Of a stretch of DNA of 64,000 nucleotides, positions 11,585 to 22,418 are shown piece by piece. Position 1 is the stretch's first letter. Each line of letters starts with the position of its first letter. The notes beneath the pieces are model-generated. The model did no database searches, was not told where the DNA came from, and saw only the letters and a list, made by a program, of their open reading frames with translations. The position numbers and the translations under genes were made by a program. The stretch is from an uncultured Nitrospiraceae bacterium (GTDB lineage Bacteria > Nitrospirota > Nitrospiria > Nitrospirales > Nitrospiraceae): contig CAVPLT010000003.1 in NCBI GenBank assembly GCA_963706325.1, forward strand, positions 16,910-80,909, written 5' to 3'.

Positions 11585-11750
11585 AGCATGCACCTCAATT
11601 CGTGGCCGCGTGTTCACATTTCATAGCGGGCCATTCCATGAAACGAATACAACTTACTTTTGAGATAGACTCGTAAAATCTTGCGTTCACGTGCAGTCAG
11701 AGGAAGGTGATCACGACATTAGGCACTCTAGAGCCGTCCCATAGATTCGC

Positions 11751-11954
11751 CTAGCCCGCGGGGCAAACAACAAAGGATCCCTGACCGTCCGCAATCATCA
11801 ATAATCGATGGCCCAAGCGAAGTTGATTCACTTCCCGGAGGACTTGTTCCCACGTGAACTCTGGAAAGAGGAGCACCAAGTCGTCCATGCGACCTCCTGG
11901 AGCCCGGCTGATCGCCTCGAAAATTCGATCCCCGATGGCCCGTTTAAGTGTCAT
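11751..11954 (-). CDS. Small hypothetical protein, possibly winged helix
   Basis: GGGGAG RBS; FTWEQVLREVNQL helix. Confidence 0.6.
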   Translation of the reverse strand: MTLKRAIGDRIFEAISRAPGGRMDDLVLLFPEFTWEQVLREVNQLRLGHRLLMIADGQGSFVVCPAG

Positions 11955-12171
11955 GGCTGCATCTCCCCACTAGGCCAGCGATACCCACAACCCCAGGCTA
12001 CACCCAGAGCCGCAGCTTGGCTGGTCACTATTGCTCAGTTTTGCAAATAGCTTCGAGCGTAGAATATTTCATCTCATCGCACCCGCAGGCGTAACACAAC
12101 CCAGCGAACTGCGTACTGACGCGTCACTGGCATCGAATTTCGACCTGTGACACAAACCGAAACCACTCAAA

Positions 12172-12698
12172 ATGCTCTTGATTGCCTGCCACCTGGGACA
12201 GCGCTTTAGGGAGATCACCAATTTGATGTGGTATCGGGTTGACCTTCAGCGGGGTTTGTCACTCTCCGTTCGTTCGACACCAAGACGAAAAGGCGAGGGA
12301 GGCTCCGCTTACTCCTGCCGTACGGGAAGTATTGGGAGACCTACCGAAAGTGCGGCGTCTGGATACGAATCACGTCTTTTTGTATGAGGGTCACCCCCAC
12401 CAAGAGCATCAAGGCCGCGTTCAAGAGATCCACACGGCCTTCCAGTGTAGAGGGCTTTCGGTTCCATGACCTCCGGCACTGTGCGGCGACCAACCTACGA
12501 AGGGCTGGAGTCGATACGGCAACCGCCATGCGGATTGTGGGTCACAATTCCGAGAAGATGTGGAAGCGGTACAACGCGATTGACGAGCGGGATCTGACGA
12601 AGGCCGCGTCTCGACTCCACACGTACCTTGAAGCTAACACGCTAATAACAACGTGCCAGCAGTCTCTCCTCAGTGCAATCTGCAAGTGCCTGATTTTG
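12172..12698 (+). pseudogene. Tyrosine integrase C-terminal remnant (family C), frameshifted
   Basis: LGQRFREITNL in one frame; FRFHDLRHCAATNLRRAGVDTATAMRIVGH...KRY in another. Confidence 0.9.
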
Positions 12699-12743
12699 TG
12701 GAGCCGGCGAGTGGAATCGAACCACCGACCTGCGGTTTAGGAA
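12699..12743 (-). repeat. att site copy 2: tRNA-Thr(CGT) 3' half (1 mismatch)
   Basis: tggagccggcgagtggaatcgaaccaccgacctgcggtttaggaa. Confidence 0.95.
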
Positions 12744-13432
12744 TCAGGACAGGACAGTTTTTAAAATGCTCGGTGTTTCAAATGGTTTCCCCGTTTTAAT
12801 TGTGGAAACAAATATTTGGGCGCTTTCTAGGGAATTGATGGATTCAGACAAGTTTCAGCACAAATTTAGCACACGGTTTTGGTGTGAACCCTTCGGGTGA
12901 GGCAGGTTGGAATTGGCACACTCGATGGTTCAATAAATGTTGTTCCTCACACCGCCTCTGTTGCTTCAACCTTCTGTGCTCCTCGCGGCAAAGCGTTTTA
13001 CGGGGGTGGCGCCGCTTGAGCGTGAGTGTACGGCGGATCTATCGCCGCGAGGGATGCTGAAGAGGCGCCTCGTCTCCTTCTCCTAGTCTTTGAGTCTAAA
13101 TAGATCCGAGGTCCCCTCGTGTCCGCTGCTATATACCGGGGCTATGCCCAGTTCACCAAAAGCGAAGTCGGGGCTATAGTCACGGGTGGTGAGCAAACGA
13201 GCACGTCATACAGCAGTGCTCCCATGCCCCCGCTTCCGCGTCGCACCGAGCGGCAACCACGCGGACTCCTTACCTCCTGAGCTTGCAGACGGAACGTCCA
13301 ATTCCCACGCCTATGGTCGAACCTGCAGAGCATTCTATTCGGTTGTCGCGTCAATTCTTCCACGGACGCAAATCCCACAGAGCCTGACGATACCCTTCGA
13401 GTACCAACTCGATCCATTTGAGGATTATATCG

Positions 13433-14278
13433 ATGCAATCAAACTTCATAAACTCGACGCGAACCGACGGTGGCGACATCATCGGCCGCGATAAGTGCCC
13501 CTGGAACCCACTGTCGGTTGATCCGGTGGCAAGCCAATTCTCGTGCTACGCGGCCTTCCAGGACACGACGGTCGTCAGGCCGCTGGCACCCCGCGTACCC
13601 GTCAACACCGAACTCACCGATGCGCACGATCAACTGAGACAACAGATCTGTGGCGATTCCTACTCGTGCACTGGCGCGACCTCTGTGTTCGCCCAAAATG
13701 CTTACCGTTTCGGATTATTCCCGGAACTTGCGTGCGACGGCGCCGTACGTGCCGTCTGCCACGACCTGTATGAATTCTGCCACGAATTCCCGATCATGGA
13801 CGACCAGTTGACGACCTTTATTGCGATGTTCCTGGGACCCGCGATCCAATCAGAACAGCATTTCGAGGATCTGCTTTGGAGACAGCTTCAGGCCATGCAC
13901 GCCATTGATTCCGATTTCTTTGCCTGGGACAAGAGCGTCGGCTCCAACCCACAGAACAACAACTTTTCGTTTAGCATCGGTGGTCGAGCGATGTTCGTCA
14001 TCGGCATGCACCCCAAGGCCTCACGTCTCGCACGAACCTTCAGGTATCCGACCATGGTCTTCAACTTACATGCACAGTTCGAGCGCTTGCGCGCTCGCGG
14101 TAAGTTTGAGACCATGCAGCAGATAATCCGGGCACGCGAGATGGCGCTCCAGGGCTCGATCAACCCTATGCTGAAAAACTTCGGCGAACGTTCCGAGGCG
14201 AGTCAATATTCCGGCCGGGCAGTTTCAGACAATTGGTCATGCCCGTTCCACGCACAACAACAAAGGGATGAGACATGA
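13433..14278 (+). CDS. YqcI/YcgG family protein (GntA-like putative heme-dependent N-hydroxylase)
   Basis: FEDLLWRQLQAMH, FSFSIGGRAMFVIGMHPKASRLAR, VFNLHAQFERLR, SEASQYSGR and WSCPFH; GAGGA RBS before ATG 13433. Confidence 0.85.
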   Translation: MQSNFINSTRTDGGDIIGRDKCPWNPLSVDPVASQFSCYAAFQDTTVVRPLAPRVPVNTELTDAHDQLRQQICGDSYSCTGATSVFAQNAYRFGLFPELACDGAVRAVCHDLYEFCHEFPIMDDQLTTFIAMFLGPAIQSEQHFEDLLWRQLQAMHAIDSDFFAWDKSVGSNPQNNNFSFSIGGRAMFVIGMHPKASRLARTFRYPTMVFNLHAQFERLRARGKFETMQQIIRAREMALQGSINPMLKNFGERSEASQYSGRAVSDNWSCPFHAQQQRDET

Positions 14279-14868
14279 CCACTCAGCAGTGGGCCCGTAT
14301 TCCGCCACAGAGTGGCTGCTCATTCATAATCAAGCGTGGGCAGGTGTTGCGCGTTGTCGATCCCCTAGGCGAGCAGGTATCTGACCTGTTCGCCTTCGAC
14401 GAGCACGATCACCATTGCAGGCTGTCGTCAGGTCGTTCGCTGGACTATGCGAGCCGGATCTACCTGACGACCAACGACATCCTCTACGCCAATAATAGCA
14501 ATCCGATGTTCACCATCGTCGAAGACACCGTCGGGCTGCATGACTTCCTCCTGACGCCCTGTAGTCAAGAGATGTTTCAGATTCTTTATAATCATGAGGG
14601 TCATCATCCGAGCTGTTTTGAGAACCTACTTAATTCGTTAAAAAATTACGGTATCTCCGGACATCAGATCTCGACAACCTTCAACATCTTTATGAACGTC
14701 AAGGTCGATCCGCAGGGAAAATTGACGGTCGGCGTGCCCATGTCAAAGTCGGGCGACCACATCGAGCTGCGGGCCGAGATGGATATGGTGTGTGGACTCA
14801 CAGCCTGCTCCGCTGAAGGTTCGAACAACGGACGCTTCAAACCTATCGACTTCTCAATCCTTGGTTGA
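14275..14868 (+). CDS. Urea carboxylase-associated family protein (DUF1989)
   Basis: GQVLRVVDPLGEQVSD, HDFLLTPCS, HPSCFENL, FNIFMNV and TACSA; ATGA overlap with the upstream gene. Confidence 0.92.
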   Translation: MTTQQWARIPPQSGCSFIIKRGQVLRVVDPLGEQVSDLFAFDEHDHHCRLSSGRSLDYASRIYLTTNDILYANNSNPMFTIVEDTVGLHDFLLTPCSQEMFQILYNHEGHHPSCFENLLNSLKNYGISGHQISTTFNIFMNVKVDPQGKLTVGVPMSKSGDHIELRAEMDMVCGLTACSAEGSNNGRFKPIDFSILG

Positions 14869-15118
14869 CGCCTCGCAGGCCGCCAAATTTCGCCGCTTCT
14901 AGGGGCCGGACCAATAAGTCGATGTGGCACCCACAATGTCCGAAATAAACGACAATTCTTGCTCGATAGCAATGCAAATCGCGGCGGACGAAACTAAGTA
15001 AGGGCACGGTTATTTTGCCATAGAAATTCGCGACATGATGGATGCAGTAAAGGCGAGATTAGGCCAAGAAGATTCTCAAGGTTAAAGAAGGGGAAGTGGC
15101 GGCTGGGTGTTATCGAGG

Positions 15119-15713
15119 GGCTACAGCGGCATGCGGTTGGGTGAAGTGTGCTCGCTTCAATGGCGGCAGATTAACTGGATCGAAGGCAATGTGTTCCTCC
15201 AAGCTGAAGACACCAAGACCAAGACACCACGGGTGCTCTATCTGACCGGAGACCTGTATAGGGTCCTGATGGCTTGGAAAACCCGTTGCGAGATTAAGTG
15301 GCCGGCCTGTTCGTGGATCTGCCATCGAGGTGGCATTCGCCTCCAGGGCCTGAAACGCTCCCAGCGTAAAGCCTGTGGAGCGGTCGGGCTTGAGAGAATG
15401 GTGATGGATGAGAAGAAAAAGCGGCTCGTCTGGGATGGAAGAATTCCACATGACTTCGGGCGCACAGCGGTGCGGAACATGGTCCGGGCTGGAGTACCGG
15501 AAAAGGTGGCTATGACCATTTCTGGCTATAAAACCAGGAGTGTCTTTGCCCGGTACAATATCGTGAATGAACGGGACCTCGAACAGGCTGCGCGGTCCCT
15601 CTCGGCTTACTTCGAGCAGCAAACGATTACACTCGCGGTTACACTGGCAGAATTGAAGGGTGAGAGCAGTGGTGTCGCAAACCGCCAACAGGTTGAATCA
15701 TCAATTAGATTTC
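15119..15713 (+). pseudogene. Tyrosine integrase C-terminal remnant (family B), catalytically mutated
   Basis: YSGMRLGEV; HDFGR and SGYKT where the paralog at 21.5 kb has HDFRR and SGHKT; N-terminus missing. Confidence 0.9.
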
Positions 15714-15758
15714 TGGAGCCGGCGAGTGGAATCGAACCACCGACCTGCGGTCTACGAA
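15714..15758 (-). repeat. att site copy 3: tRNA-Thr(CGT) 3' half (1 mismatch)
   Basis: tggagccggcgagtggaatcgaaccaccgacctgcggtctacgaa. Confidence 0.95.
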
Positions 15759-16089
15759 AACCATTTCCACAAGAGCCCATCATCCCCAAACTCCCTACTC
15801 CACCAAAGGGAAACGAAGCGCAGCGCGATGGCTAGCAGCTTAACTACGTTGCAGTGGGTTGCGTGGAGAGTGACGGTTCCGCGCTCAGGAAGGACACACT
15901 CACGGGCACACCGCCACGAGCAGGGAGTGCCTGGCGTTCACTTTATCCATACACCTAACTGTGCAGTTCCCTTCCCACCCCCGCCCTCCACTTGGTCACA
16001 CCCTGCCACCGTCATTTGGTCGGGTCCCATACCCGTCATGTGCGGTGAAAACAAAAGGGCAGCTTTAGGAGGAGGCAGGTATTGAGCCG

Positions 16090-16278
16090 CTAGCCACGGT
16101 GATACTTAGCCCGGGGCAGAGGGATCGGCTTGGGACGTTTACCAGACAGCTCCGACCTTAGGACGAACGCCAGTATGATTCCCCCAACGACCAGTCCGGC
16201 GGACCCGCCGTAGAGCATCGCGGACTCAAAACTCAGCGGGAAAAGTGACGGAAGTCCGTTAAGCCATAAGTCAGCCAT
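16090..16278 (-). CDS. Small membrane protein
   Basis: Single hydrophobic segment followed by a basic tail. Confidence 0.5.
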   Translation of the reverse strand: MADLWLNGLPSLFPLSFESAMLYGGSAGLVVGGIILAFVLRSELSGKRPKPIPLPRAKYHRG

Positions 16279-16585
16279 GCCCTAAACACACCACAGGGTG
16301 GGAATGAAGTCAAGGCTGCAAAGCCGGACCCACGACACAGCTCTGGCTAACGGCTGCCACCCGCCCGCTGGGCTCGGCTACGTCCCGCGAGATTTCGTGT
16401 GGAGCACCTCCTTCCCATCAGCCGTACGTGGGTATAAGCCAAGCCAGGAGTATTCCTAGTTACGCGGCGATGGCAGAAGCACTAGGATCACGGTCAATTG
16501 AGCACGACTCGGCCTTTAATTCGGTTAATGGAGGCAGCAGATGTGGCACATGCAGGAGGTCTTACAAAGGAGCAGCGGTGTGCGA

Positions 16586-16860
16586 ATGGCGTTCCATGGA
16601 ACCCTGCTCATGGCGGTATGGAGCGTCATGCCCGTCATGCTGTCGGCTGCGTATGCGCAGCCCAAGGAGCCAGTGCCGGCATCAGGAGTTCCGCCAGGAG
16701 GGATAGATGCTGACTGTCGCGTTGCCCTTGGGAAACTTCCCTGCCAGGGCATTAAGCAGGGCAGCGGTCGCATCCGGACGTGTTATGAAGACAACAAAGG
16801 CCAACTCACACCGTCATGTCGCCAGCAGGTGGAAGAACATATGTCTGAAGCCAGTGCCAT
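16586..16860 (+). pseudogene. Secreted cysteine-rich repeat protein fragment
   Basis: Signal peptide plus DCRVALGKLPCQGIKQGSGRIRTCYEDNKGQLTPSCR; reads into unrelated sequence. Confidence 0.5.
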
Positions 16861-16935
16861 TATGCTTATGCCGGCGGCGGCAGGGGGGCGGCGGCGGCAG
16901 GGGCGGCAGCCGAGCCGATCATTGAACACAAACGT

Positions 16936-17577
16936 GTGCGCCCCAGCGAAACCTACGTCGCCGGGTTTGGGGGGTACACGTTTGGCGGAAAGTTGAATAA
17001 TGTGGAGGGCCCCGGCTTGCTGCCCGGTGGGAATGTCGGTGATCGTGATCTTGCGGATTCGGCGGTCTACGGCGGAAAGCTCGGCCATTTCTTTGGCGAC
17101 CGCATGGATTGGCTCGGCGTGGAGATGGAAGCGTTCAACACCACGCCCCACGTGGAGCAGCAAGGACTGACGCCCGGAGCCCATTTGCGGGTTACGACCT
17201 TGGCTTTCAATCTCATCGGGCGGCTGAAATTCGGCTGTGAGACAAAACCGCTGCGCACGGAGGCACGGACGGAGGGAGAGAAACGCTATGAAACCCACTA
17301 TGAGCGGGAGTTCTGCCGGGTGCAACCCTATGGCGGGGTGGGGCTGGGCGTCTTTTTTGCCAACCTCTCGAACAATGGCACCAGCGCGTCCGATAATGCC
17401 GTGCCGGGCCTCAATGCCTTGGCTGGCCTACGCTATTACTTCAACGAACGGGTGGCGCTGTTCGGGGAATACAAATACAACCGGGCGGCGCTCGATTTGA
17501 CGAATGGTCCCATCGGGGGACTCAAAGGCGATTACGAGGCGAATCATCTGGTCGGAGGGCTGTCGTTCCACTTCTAG
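16936..17577 (+). CDS. Outer-membrane beta-barrel protein (5' end/signal peptide apparently lost)
   Basis: Amphipathic strands, QPYGGVGLG, LFGEYKYN and C-terminal GLSFHF. Confidence 0.8.
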   Translation: MRPSETYVAGFGGYTFGGKLNNVEGPGLLPGGNVGDRDLADSAVYGGKLGHFFGDRMDWLGVEMEAFNTTPHVEQQGLTPGAHLRVTTLAFNLIGRLKFGCETKPLRTEARTEGEKRYETHYEREFCRVQPYGGVGLGVFFANLSNNGTSASDNAVPGLNALAGLRYYFNERVALFGEYKYNRAALDLTNGPIGGLKGDYEANHLVGGLSFHF

Positions 17578-18096
17578 GCTGTGCCTCGCGCCGGCGAGGG
17601 ACACCAGTCCGGCCTGTCGCGCAGGGGCCCGGAGCCAGATCTTTTGCCCACAGGGGGGCCAGAGCCATGCTAAAACGGGGGTGCCCGGGCGGTGCGGGAG
17701 GGCGCAGTCGAATGACCCGCGATTGGTTTATTTTCTGCCGTTCGAATGATGGACACGAAAGAGAAAAGTCTGTTCAGAATCTCGCTGATTGTGTATCAGC
17801 ACGAAGCGGAAACGCGTGGAAAACGCAGTGATCTTTAGGGCGGGTGCCAAGGTGGTGCCATTAAGGGCGAACACATAGCCCATGGGCTCACGACTGGGCA
17901 CTCGCGCCACTACACCGGTTAGGGCCAGGTTTTCCCTTCACATCTAAGTCGCCGCCTCGTACCAATTCCATTCGTTTTGTCCCTATCCTTCACACTAGGC
18001 TAGCACCAGCTCCCTACCCCCACGTGGCGCATCCCCCTACCGTCAATCGGTAGGTACCCTATCGGGAAATGTGCGGTCGCACCTCGTAGGCACGGT

Positions 18097-18417
18097 TCAT
18101 GGGACCTCTTCCCTGGCCCCATACCCTGCTCTCCCAAGTGGTTCGGTCGATGACGGTTTCCGCTGGTCGCGCAATTTCAGAATATTGAGGAAATGACCGT
18201 ACTGATGGCTCAGGAACGTGGCCTTTCGCAGCGAACATCCATGCGTGACGAAGTAATCACGGATGGTCCATGCCGGCGGCATCATTTCCTGCTCGTGCAC
18301 AAATAAACAAATTTCATAGAGGCCTTTCCAATTGTCCTGCTCCAATGGGTCGTCCTCTGGGCACAAGCGGACGAACTCCTGAAGCAGTATCTCGAGATGC
18401 GGGTCAACCTGTTCCAT
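18097..18417 (-). CDS. Hypothetical protein
   Basis: GGAGGG RBS before MEQVDPHLE. Confidence 0.55.
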   Translation of the reverse strand: MEQVDPHLEILLQEFVRLCPEDDPLEQDNWKGLYEICLFVHEQEMMPPAWTIRDYFVTHGCSLRKATFLSHQYGHFLNILKLRDQRKPSSTEPLGRAGYGAREEVP

Positions 18418-19479
18418 GTGCCCTCCCTCCGTACGAGTGATGCACCGGACTATAGGACACCCTCTCCTCAGGGCAACATCCCGCAAAGATATAGTTGGGC
18501 TAGCTCCTTCGAGAGTCGAAGGGGCCGGTCTCACGCCGCACGTTCTTTAGAGCATCTCGACTGATGAGTTCCAGCGGAAAGACAAACGGTGGAAGTTATG
18601 GTCTCGAACTTATTAATTGCCTCCATGCCGTCGACCGCTTCCACGACGACTTTCAAACGCGGGATGCACGTCGAGGCCGTCCGGCAGGACCGTTGTCCGG
18701 CATCCCAGAGAGTTCGCCTCACGAGTATGGAGATAGGGAGAGGAGCGCTGAACCCCTCATCGTCTTCCTAAATGGGTTTTTAGGCTGGGAATGCACGAGG
18801 CCACGAAAAAAATGAGGTCTACATTGGTGGGTTTGAGACATATGCGGTGCACTTCAACCGCTTTATCCCATCCACTTTAGCGTGGCTGCTCGGCGACTAT
18901 CATCGCCGTAAGTCAGCCCGCAAGTCCATCTAATGAGCGACCTGAGACGGGAATCTTCGTTGATGCTGGGTGCCCAGGAGTCAGGGAGTCAGGCGAGCCA
19001 CCAGACCCACGTGAAGGTAAGAATAGAAACAGGGTGGTCATGGGACCAGCAACCAGGGCGAGGTCATGGATCCTTTCCCACAGGAGGATGCCGGTCACAC
19101 GATGCACTTGGGTTTCTCACTTCCCGGGGGTTCACCCCCTATGCGCAGCTACGGGACCGTTCCTCCGCGGTCCAGGCTAACTGTTGCACAGTGGGTTTGG
19201 GAAGCCAACGACTTGGCGTGCGAACGATGAGACCTAATCTTCCGGCGCGAGACGAAGCAATCTCATGACGGCCTTCCCGTAAAGACATTCCAAACCGACT
19301 TGCTCGCAATGGACCTGTTTCGGTTTTCATCACGTACCTCCCAACATCGGAGTGAATTGGCGTCAGAGGAAAGCCTACCGCGTTCCCTGTCGTCCGGCAC
19401 TGGGAAACCCCCTAGTCCATCGAACCTTCACGTCCTCAGTTAATAGAACCGAGGGAGTCTTCCTGGGAGCGACTGATCG

Positions 19480-20325
19480 GCCACACGGTCAAGCCGCGCA
19501 CGTTGGCGCGCTATGCTGAGATACTCAGGCTCCACCTCTTACCCCGCTTCGGGAAGGTCCCCGTGCGCGACATGGACCGCGGGCGCATCAAACTGTTCCT
19601 CACCGATAAGCTGGCCACAGGGCTTCGCGCGAGAACGGTGCTCCATATTCAGGCGGTGCTGCGCACCATGCTCAATGCGGCCATGGAGGATGGCGTGATC
19701 GCATCGAACCCGGCCGCCAAACTGGGGCGCACCCTGAAGCTCAATCTTTCGCGGGCTACCACCCAGGAGGAGATTAAAGCGATGACCCAGTCGCAGCGCC
19801 ATCTTTTTCTCGCCACGGCGTTACGGGTCGCACCGCGCTACTATCCCCTGTTTTTCGGCCTGGCTGGAACGGGGATGAGACTCGGCGAGGGATTGGCGCT
19901 CCAGCCTGAAGACGCCGACTACTCAGGGAGGACGATCCGCATTGTTCGGGCCTTTTCAGAAGATGGCGCACTTGAGACCCCGAAATCAGGACACGGGCGC
20001 ACAGTCGATCTCTCGGAGGCCCTTGTTGACGTCCTACGCGCTCATGACCGGACACGAAAGCAGGACGCGCTCAAATATGGATGGGTGGCGCTCCCGCCGT
20101 GGACGTTTGTGACGAAAGCAGGCACCCCGGTCAACCCTGCCAATGTCCGCCGAGCGATGCTTAGAGTGTTGAAAGCCGCGGGGCTGCCGCAACACTTCAC
20201 CCCACACTGTTTGCGTCATACCTACGCATCCCTCTTATTGGCGGACGGAGTCAGTCCCGTCTACGTGCAGGAGCAGCTTGGGCATGCGACAATTGAATTG
20301 ACCATGTCAACGTATGGACGATGGT
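19480..20325 (+). pseudogene. Phage-type tyrosine integrase (fourth family), truncated at both ends
   Basis: GTGMRLGEGLAL, TPKSG, FTPHCLRHTYASLL and QLGHATIELTMSTYG, then runs into unrelated AT-richer DNA. Confidence 0.85.
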
Positions 20326-21100
20326 CGTTACTGAGCTTCTTAGTAATCGAGGATTTACGCTTGAATGGTATACGGCAGAAACAGGTGGTATTCACTCAAC
20401 ATCTGGGTATAGGACACACTTTGGACTTAATTCTTCTGACCAAATTACTGTCTATGCTTTTGATGTCGCCCGCCTTGCCTCATGGGAACAACATATTTGG
20501 GCCGCACATAACGTTGCCCCGGAAGGGAAAGTGTCTAATGAGTTGTTAGCTGCGCAGTCAGATCTCGGCCGGCATCCACACATGCCGTTGAGGGCTTGCT
20601 ATTCCAGAGTATGCGAATGCTAGAAGCGGGGTTTCAGAAAGAACACCAAATCTCGCTGTTCACTCATGACATAGACGATGGTGAAGCTATGCAGCAGATT
20701 TCTCGTTTCGCGAGCAAGGATCATGCGTCATTGCTAAGACTGGCGAAAGAGCTTGTCCGCGTTTTCTCGGATCGGCTCAATATTCGCGACCTTCGTAAAC
20801 TTTCAACCCACGCAGAGGAAGATAAGCTTGGTTCAAATAAACTTCTGCAAGATATATTGTCACAGAAAGTTGGAGTCGATAAGGCTCACCAAGTCTTTGC
20901 CCAAATTGCTGGCGCCTATGACATGCGCGTCGGTGATGCACATCCGACCGGATCAAAAATTACAGAAGCCATCAAGCTTGCTGGTATAGACCAGCGCAAT
21001 TCGTTCCTAAGACAAGGTGAGCAACTAATTCACAACTTCGGGCGATCCATTTGGTCTATAGGTAAATTTCTCTCTGGACAATCTAGAGATTGGATTCCTC
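20326..21100 (+). pseudogene. Fragmented hypothetical gene of lower GC
   Basis: Consecutive ORF pieces 20321-20623 and 20596-21150 in different frames, between two integrase remnants. Confidence 0.5.
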
Positions 21101-21114
21101 AAGCGGATGTTCCG

Positions 21115-21852
21115 ATTAGGTTTCCAACAAACTCCGCAACTCGTCGCTAGGATTCCCCATATTCCCCAGTTCAAGGAGCACAATATCCGTTCTGGCTTCT
21201 TTGAGCATGAGGATTTCCTGGCGCTCCGTGGTGCCCTGCCCGACTATGCCCAAGTGGCCGCCACGCAGGCCTACTACAGCGGCATGAGAATGGGCGAAGT
21301 CTGTTCGCTCCAATGGCGACAGATTAACTGGACGGAAGGCAAATTGTTCCTCCAAGCTGAAGACACCAAGACCAAGACGCCACGGGTCCTCTACCTTACT
21401 GGAGACCTGTATAGAGTCCTGCTTGCCTGGAAAACTCGCTGCGAGAACAAATGGCCGGCCTGTTCATGGATCTGCCATCGAGGCGATTCGCCTACAGTGC
21501 CTAAAACGCTCCTGGCGTAAAGCCTGCGAAGCGGTCGGACTGGGGCGTATGGTGATGGATGAGAAGAAAAAGCGGCTCGTCTGGGATGGACGAATCCCTC
21601 ATGACTTTCGGCGCACGGCTGTCCGGAATATGGTCAGGGCTGGGGTACCAGAAAAAGTGGCCATGGCCATTTCCGGCCACAAAACCAGGAGCGTGTTTGA
21701 CCGGTACAACATCGTGAACGAACGGGACCTCGAACAGGCCGCACGATCCCTCTCGGCCTACTTCGACAACCAGACGGTTACACTGGCAGAATTGAGGGGT
21801 GAGAGCAACGGTGTGGCAAACCGCCAACAGGTTGATTCGTCGGGGATATTTC
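21115..21852 (+). pseudogene. Tyrosine integrase remnant (family B), 5'-truncated with frameshift near 21483
   Basis: [47 protein letters not shown]; closely similar to 15119-15713. Confidence 0.92.
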
Positions 21853-21897
21853 TGGAGCCGGCGAGTGGAATCGAACCACCGACCTGCGGTTTACGAA
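21853..21897 (-). repeat. att site copy 4: tRNA-Thr(CGT) 3' half
   Basis: Exact 45-bp match to copies 1 and 5. Confidence 0.95.
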
Positions 21898-22418
21898 AAC
21901 GATTCCGTCGGGAACTGCATACAACAGCAGGACACGCTATGCCACTGCAAACCTACGACTATCAAGAACTTCTGTGCACAGCGTAATCTAGCGTTTTACA
22001 GCGTTGCGTCCCCTAACCGTGACTGAAACCGTGACTGTACTGCGGGTCTTTGATCGCCGCGGGGGACGCTGAAGAGGCGCCTCGTCCCCTTTACCTCGTC
22101 CCTGAGTCTAGTAGATCCGAGCTTCCTCTTAGCACTTGAGAAGCAGCGCTCAGCCTATATGTCTGACCCCGCCTGGAATGTCGACCCGCACCCGCCCGCC
22201 GAGATCCGTTCACGGTCCCACCGCTCGGGTTGCCAAGGCAATCAGTGGACGAACGGATAAACGTACTTCTGGCCACCATCGTCGAAATCTTCCTGGTCCC
22301 CTTTTTGCTTCTTGCGCTCCCATCTAACCTGCCTTGCGTCTCACAAACTCGGCGCTTATCATTTGGCATTGCCTTCTAACCGACCATTTTCCAAAAGGTC
22401 GACGCGTCGATTTGTGAC

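Larger units (their letters stand above)
3600..12743. mobile_element. Decayed integrative element E2 (family C integrase remnant at right end)
   Basis: Bounded by att copies 1 and 2; integrase remnant next to the right att. Confidence 0.75.
12699..15758. mobile_element. Decayed or hybrid integrative element E3
   Basis: Bounded by att copies 2 and 3; family B integrase remnant at right end. Confidence 0.7.
15714..21897. mobile_element. Decayed integrative element E4 (family B)
   Basis: Bounded by att copies 3 and 4; CACACT/TACACT arm-like repeats at both ends; integrase remnant at right end. Confidence 0.75.

Noticed and set aside
13140..13432. Guanidine riboswitch upstream of the YqcI/DUF1989 operon
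   Set aside because: I could not find class I conserved segments, paired ACGR hairpins or the class III pattern by eye; an Rfam scan would settle it
17843..17862. GGTGCCA tandem pair as arm site of the fourth integrase
   Set aside because: Single occurrence with no partner end or att identified
19503..20549. 348-aa intact integrase as given in the ORF track
   Set aside because: N-terminus missing, and the tail after STYGRW is read-through into unrelated DNA
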